A DNA stretch of 64,000 nucleotides from NCBI RefSeq assembly GCF_009914755.1, contig NC_060926.1, one strand, 5' to 3'. Both the position numbers and the translations under genes were made by a program. Origin of the DNA: the human T2T-CHM13v2.0 reference genome, Homo sapiens. Shown one piece after another: positions 59,340 through 64,000 of this stretch; positions within the stretch are counted from its first letter, which is position 1; the number at the start of each line of letters is the position of its first letter. The notes beneath the pieces were generated by a model. It was given only the letters and a program-made list of their open reading frames with translations, was not told where the DNA came from and ran no database searches.

Positions 59340-59890
59340 AACAGATTTCATTATACTCTCTACCTCCATGACAGCAACGTTTTTAGCTCCCCCAGATGAA
59401 TGAGAAAATGCCATGTTTGTCTTTCTGTGCCTGGCTTAGTTCACTTAACATGAGGGCCTCTAGTTCCATCTATGTTGCTGCAAATGTCAGGGTTCTATCC
59501 TTTTTGATGGCTGCATGGTATTCCACTGTGTACAGCACCACATTTTCTCTGTCTATTCATCCACTGAAGGACACTGAGGTTGATTCGACCTCTTGGCTAT
59601 TGTGAAAGATCCATGGCTAAGACCTCAAAAGCACAGGCAACAAAAACGAAAACAGGCAACTGGGACTCTGCTCAACTAAAAAGCTTCTGCACAGCAAAGG
59701 AAGAGAATCACCAGAGTGAAGAGACGACCTGTGGGAAGGGGAAACATGTGCAAGCCATTCATCCGACAAGGGAGCAGTATCCAGAACATGCGGGAACTCC
59801 AGCAACTCACCAGCAAAACCTGAAGCAGCCAGTATAAAAGTGGGCCAAGGATCTGAAGAGACATTTCCCCAAAGACATATGACTGGCCAT
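59340..59890 (-). mobile_element. L1 fragment with inverted 5' segment (minus-strand 3' part ~59340-59606, plus-strand ORF2 part ~59610-59890)
   Basis: Reverse L1 3' region (ctttctgtgcctggcttagttcacttaac...ttggctattgtgaa) abuts a forward ORF2 remnant (KTSKAQATKTK...WD...LKSFCTAKE in ORF 59580..59837). Confidence 0.8.
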
Positions 59891-60531
59891 TGGGGATAGG
59901 AAGAAACGCTTCTCCTGACAAACACTTACACTCAGGCTGTTCCTACAGAACAGAAAGCCCGGCCTTCTCACTTAGGAGCAAACTCACGGCGCACCTCGCC
60001 CCAGAGGAAACCCTGCAACTCCCTTTAGATTTGCTCACATATTACATTGTGTAAGGAATGATTAAAGGGCTACTGAGGAAAACATTTTTCCTAGGCAATT
60101 TTTTTTTTGTCAAAAGTTAAAGAATTATCAGTAAGTTATGCTGTAGAGGAAATGCTTGTGTTATCATTTGGGAACAAAATAAGGAGACGTTCTAATGTTT
60201 GCAAAGTTTTCATTTCCTTTGTAAGCAAGGTTTTTTTTAAGCCCATTTCTGGAACTAAAGGAGGCTTCTGAGAATTTGTTCCTTGGAGATGCCGACTGGT
60301 CCACCTGAGAAATCGCAGGGCGTTCTGGCATCTGCTGCCTCGGGGCCGAGCCCTGCGGGAGGCATTCTGAGGCTGGCGCCCCCGGACCGCATCTCAGCAT
60401 GTGCTCAGAGGGAAAGTCCGCGGGCCTGAGGTCAGAGCATCCAGGCACGCGTGTAAATAACAGCAGCAGCGGCCACAGAGGAGCTGTCCCCTTACGCACC
60501 TGGGCGACTTCCTCTCACTCTCTGAGCCCTG

Positions 60532-60657
60532 CCTCCTCCCTGTAGAGGAGGTGCCGGCACACTGGGCTTCCCTGGCCTGTAGAGGAGGAGGTGCCGGCAC
60601 TCTGGGCCTCCCTGGCACTGTAGAGGAGGAGGTGCCCGGCACACTGGGCTTCCCTGG
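60532..60657. repeat. Tandem repeat, ~38-41-bp unit x3
   Basis: ctgtagaggag(gag)gtgccggcacWctgggcYtccctgg occurs three times. Confidence 0.85.
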
Positions 60658-62740
60658 GTCCGGGGGGCCTTCAAGGTACAGTAGTGTTTCTAGGGACCCC
60701 AGGGTGAACAGAAAAGGCAGTGCTGAGAGCCAGGCTGGGAGGCCCCTGCTCCCCCCACATCCTCATCCACTCGAGACACCCCCTCTGACGGGCAAGCTCA
60801 CTACACTCTGCACCACGTGAGAACGGAGAGCCAGCCCCTGGCCATGAAGCACAGGCGTTCTCACAGACCCGTCCAACTCTAGAGATACTGAAACCCAGAA
60901 AGGGCGCCTGGGTGTGATCCAACATGCAAAGGCTGCCCGTGCCCACTCTAATGAACATCTGATGTGGAACATGAACAATGGCACCTCTTGGTATTTCCTG
61001 TAACTCCTTCTACATGTTCTATTAATTTCCAGTAGCTTCATTTACGTATCGTGATTTCTAAAAATTAACACAGAACTGGAATGATGCAGACCCACCCAAA
61101 CAAGGCACTGTTCCAATATTAACTACCATGTACATAAGTGCCTCATTTTAAATAAAAACATGTATCTAGGACCACAATCAACAAGATGCAACCAGTGTTA
61201 ACCTCAGGGCAGGAAGTAATTTCTAGGTTGCATTATAAGGCTTATTACTGGTAGACCTCAGCTATGACCACAGCCATACAGAGGACTGTTAAAACTTCTA
61301 ATCATCTAAATAAGTACTGAAGTTGGCAGGCTGAAGAAGACAGGTAATAAAAGAAATCGATGTATGAAGTAGAAAGAGTAAGAGAAATTGGGGATTAAGC
61401 AGCCTGGAGACAAAGGGCAAAATTCGTTCTGAGCAGTAATTCTAGTCTCTAAAAATGTTTATACATAAACGGTCTTGAAATTTGAAATGAAAATGCTAAA
61501 CACTCATGCCTCTGTATCCCAGCTAAGATTTGCCAATCCTTTGGAAGGGCAGGATTCATTTCTAAATATTTAAGAAGGAAAGTCAATAACTATATTTAAT
61601 AAATTATAGCCTTCTGTAAGTTGGAGAGAATTCAGAAAGAACCTCCCACTCAGTAGAACTCTGCCCCATGAAGCAGACACAGCATTTCCAGCTCAACTCA
61701 TCAGAAAACTCACTGCTAAAGCGTACCCCTCCCACCCCTGCCCTGCAGTCAGGCCCACCCAGGCCCAGGGCACCACTCAGCCTGCGGGACTGCCTCTCTC
61801 TGCCTCTCTCTTCTTCCCCGTGCTCTGGGGGTGGCCTCTCCTTGTCAGTGGGGCATTGTGTGGAGTGTGGGGCAGGTCCTTGCTGCCTGCCTGGTTCTGT
61901 CCCTGGGCCTGGCATAAGGCGCTCGGGACACGTGTGGGATAAAGGCAGGGGGCGCAAAGGAGCTCAAGGAACACGGAGCGAGGTCCTCGGACCTGCTGCC
62001 CTGGAAAGCCTCCGAGTATGGTCAGTGTGCGACTCGGCCAGCCTGGGCGCCACTCCTCCCTGCCTTGCCACTCAGCTCCTGCGTCTCTGACATCTTTCCC
62101 ACCTAGGGACTCCAAGCGTCCCCTGACTCCTCTCTAGCTTGCCAATGTCCCTCCCAGACTGTGGCACCACTTGGGGTCTGATGAAGGCAGGGGACCAGGG
62201 GTGCTGAGCTCTGCGGTCTGAGATGCCTGGTTCCCGTGATGCCTGGAAAAGTTCCCCGCTCTGTGGCTTTGGCCGGCCCTGCCATGCTGACCACGGGTGA
62301 CGCTCCAGTCGGCCCTGACACATAGTTTGTTGGCCGACATCGTGTTGTGTATTTCTCAATACAAAATAAAAAATGTTAAGTCTCACTTAGCAACTATACC
62401 CACGTGCCCACGGCCTCTCAGCCACCCTCAGAGCACTGGCGACCACAGCGAGCTGGGCAGCAGGGATCCTGTCCACCTAGAGCACCTGCCATGCGTGGGC
62501 TTGTGCTGGGACACCATCTAGTGACATCTGCTCTGGAAGAGGTCAGGAGAAAGGACCAGGCTCAGGGCTGTCCCCGACGTGCCTGGAACTAGCGTGTTCA
62601 TAATGAAAGGAGATGTCTGTGATGAGAGGAAGGCAGGAGAGTAACCTCCAACTGCGTCCTTTTTAGGATGGCTCACAGGCCACTTTCCCTCACCCCAAAT
62701 TGGAAGGTGAAGAGTGAAGGGCAAGTGCAAAGTGGGGTCA

Positions 62741-63019
<279 letters not shown>

Positions 63020-64000
63020 TTAGCTTGCGACAGGCAGAAGTCCCAACAAAAAGAACATGGCCATGGTTTCAAAAAAGAAAGTATGATGCTGATTTCTGAT
63101 TTTCCAGTTTTGCCACTGACTTCACTTTTTCTAGGACATGTACGTTACCAATTTTATACCTCGTTTGATTTTCAAGACAATTTTAAACACCAAAAAGATA
63201 AATCCTTAAACACTTATTAGTGACCTAACAACAGAAGACCAGAAAATGCAGAAGCTAAGTGACTTTGAAAAGCAAAAGGTCAGCTTTCCTGTGCTCACTA
63301 TAAAAAGCTTAGTTCAAAATAAAGCAACCTACTATTAGTGTTCACTCTGAGCTGAATCCTCTCATTTTCCCTACATAGCAGCAAGCATCCAGGGGAAAAT
63401 ATAGCCAGTGTCTCCTGAGATCTATCCGTGCTACTGGAAAACACACGCTCGGACAGTCTTAGAGGATCTTTAACCATCGGTGCGGCTTGACCCTGGTTAA
63501 TGAGACCAGGTTCCGCTCTGACTGAATGTGACTTCCAAAAGGGGCCACGTCCAATCCAAAGATCCCTTCACCTCTGAAGGGGTCTGCTGCTATTTTGGGC
63601 ACACACATCCACCGTGGGAGGCCGCTGAGGCTCTCGATATTCACACAAGGATTTGTTTGGCTTGTCATATGTTTAGTTTAACGGCATTTTAACAATGGCA
63701 TCATCTGGTTAAAGCTTTCCAAAGAAAACACAATGTGACCCATTTGCCTCGAGAACTCTAGGCGTCTGCTGTTCAGCAACGACTCTGGGTGCTCAGAACC
63801 TCGCCCCAACCTATATGCGCAGCGCATACAGGTCAGAAGGAAGGGACATGGTGGGGGCCCTGGAGGGGAGGTTAAGGGATGTTTTCCCCAAGCAGCCCCT
63901 CAACGGAGCCATCCCCAGCAAAGCCTCCTCCACGGTCTGCTTGCTGCCCGCGTCCTCCTGGAGCCCACGAGGACGCAGGTGCCCACTCATGCTGACTCAC

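Noticed and set aside
59580-59837. ORF with L1 ORF2 similarity as an active retroelement
   Set aside because: Short, frameshifted remnant with no intact EN/RT.
61590-61599. CTATATTTAA MEF2-consensus match suggesting autoregulation
   Set aside because: A single degenerate 10-mer in AT-rich sequence is expected by chance, and nothing else supports it.

Overview
Eukaryotic (human/primate) genomic DNA, not a prokaryotic locus. The window covers the middle of HDAC4 (class IIa histone deacetylase, 2q37.3) on the minus strand. I placed 14 coding exons (exons 9-22 in the usual numbering, recalled from the known gene), all with GT-AG boundaries. They splice in frame to 1870 nt, about residues 289-912 of the 1084-aa isoform. 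The gene runs past both ends of the window. The introns carry MIR4441 inside a 14-copy 65-bp VNTR, seven near-full-length Alus in strictly alternating orientation, Charlie1, Tigger4a, MST-LTR, L1 and MIR relics, and many GC-rich minisatellites. Most ORFs in the supplied track are spurious. I found no convincing new biological system. The best leads are: a ~1-kb L1-derived VNTR with ~33 CATTCC (TEAD/MCAT-type) motifs; a candidate intronic polyadenylation unit after exon 17 that would give a deacetylase-dead, MITR-like HDAC4; inverted Alu pairs bracketing phase-0 exon modules; multi-copy miR-4441; and a locally copied Alu monomer.
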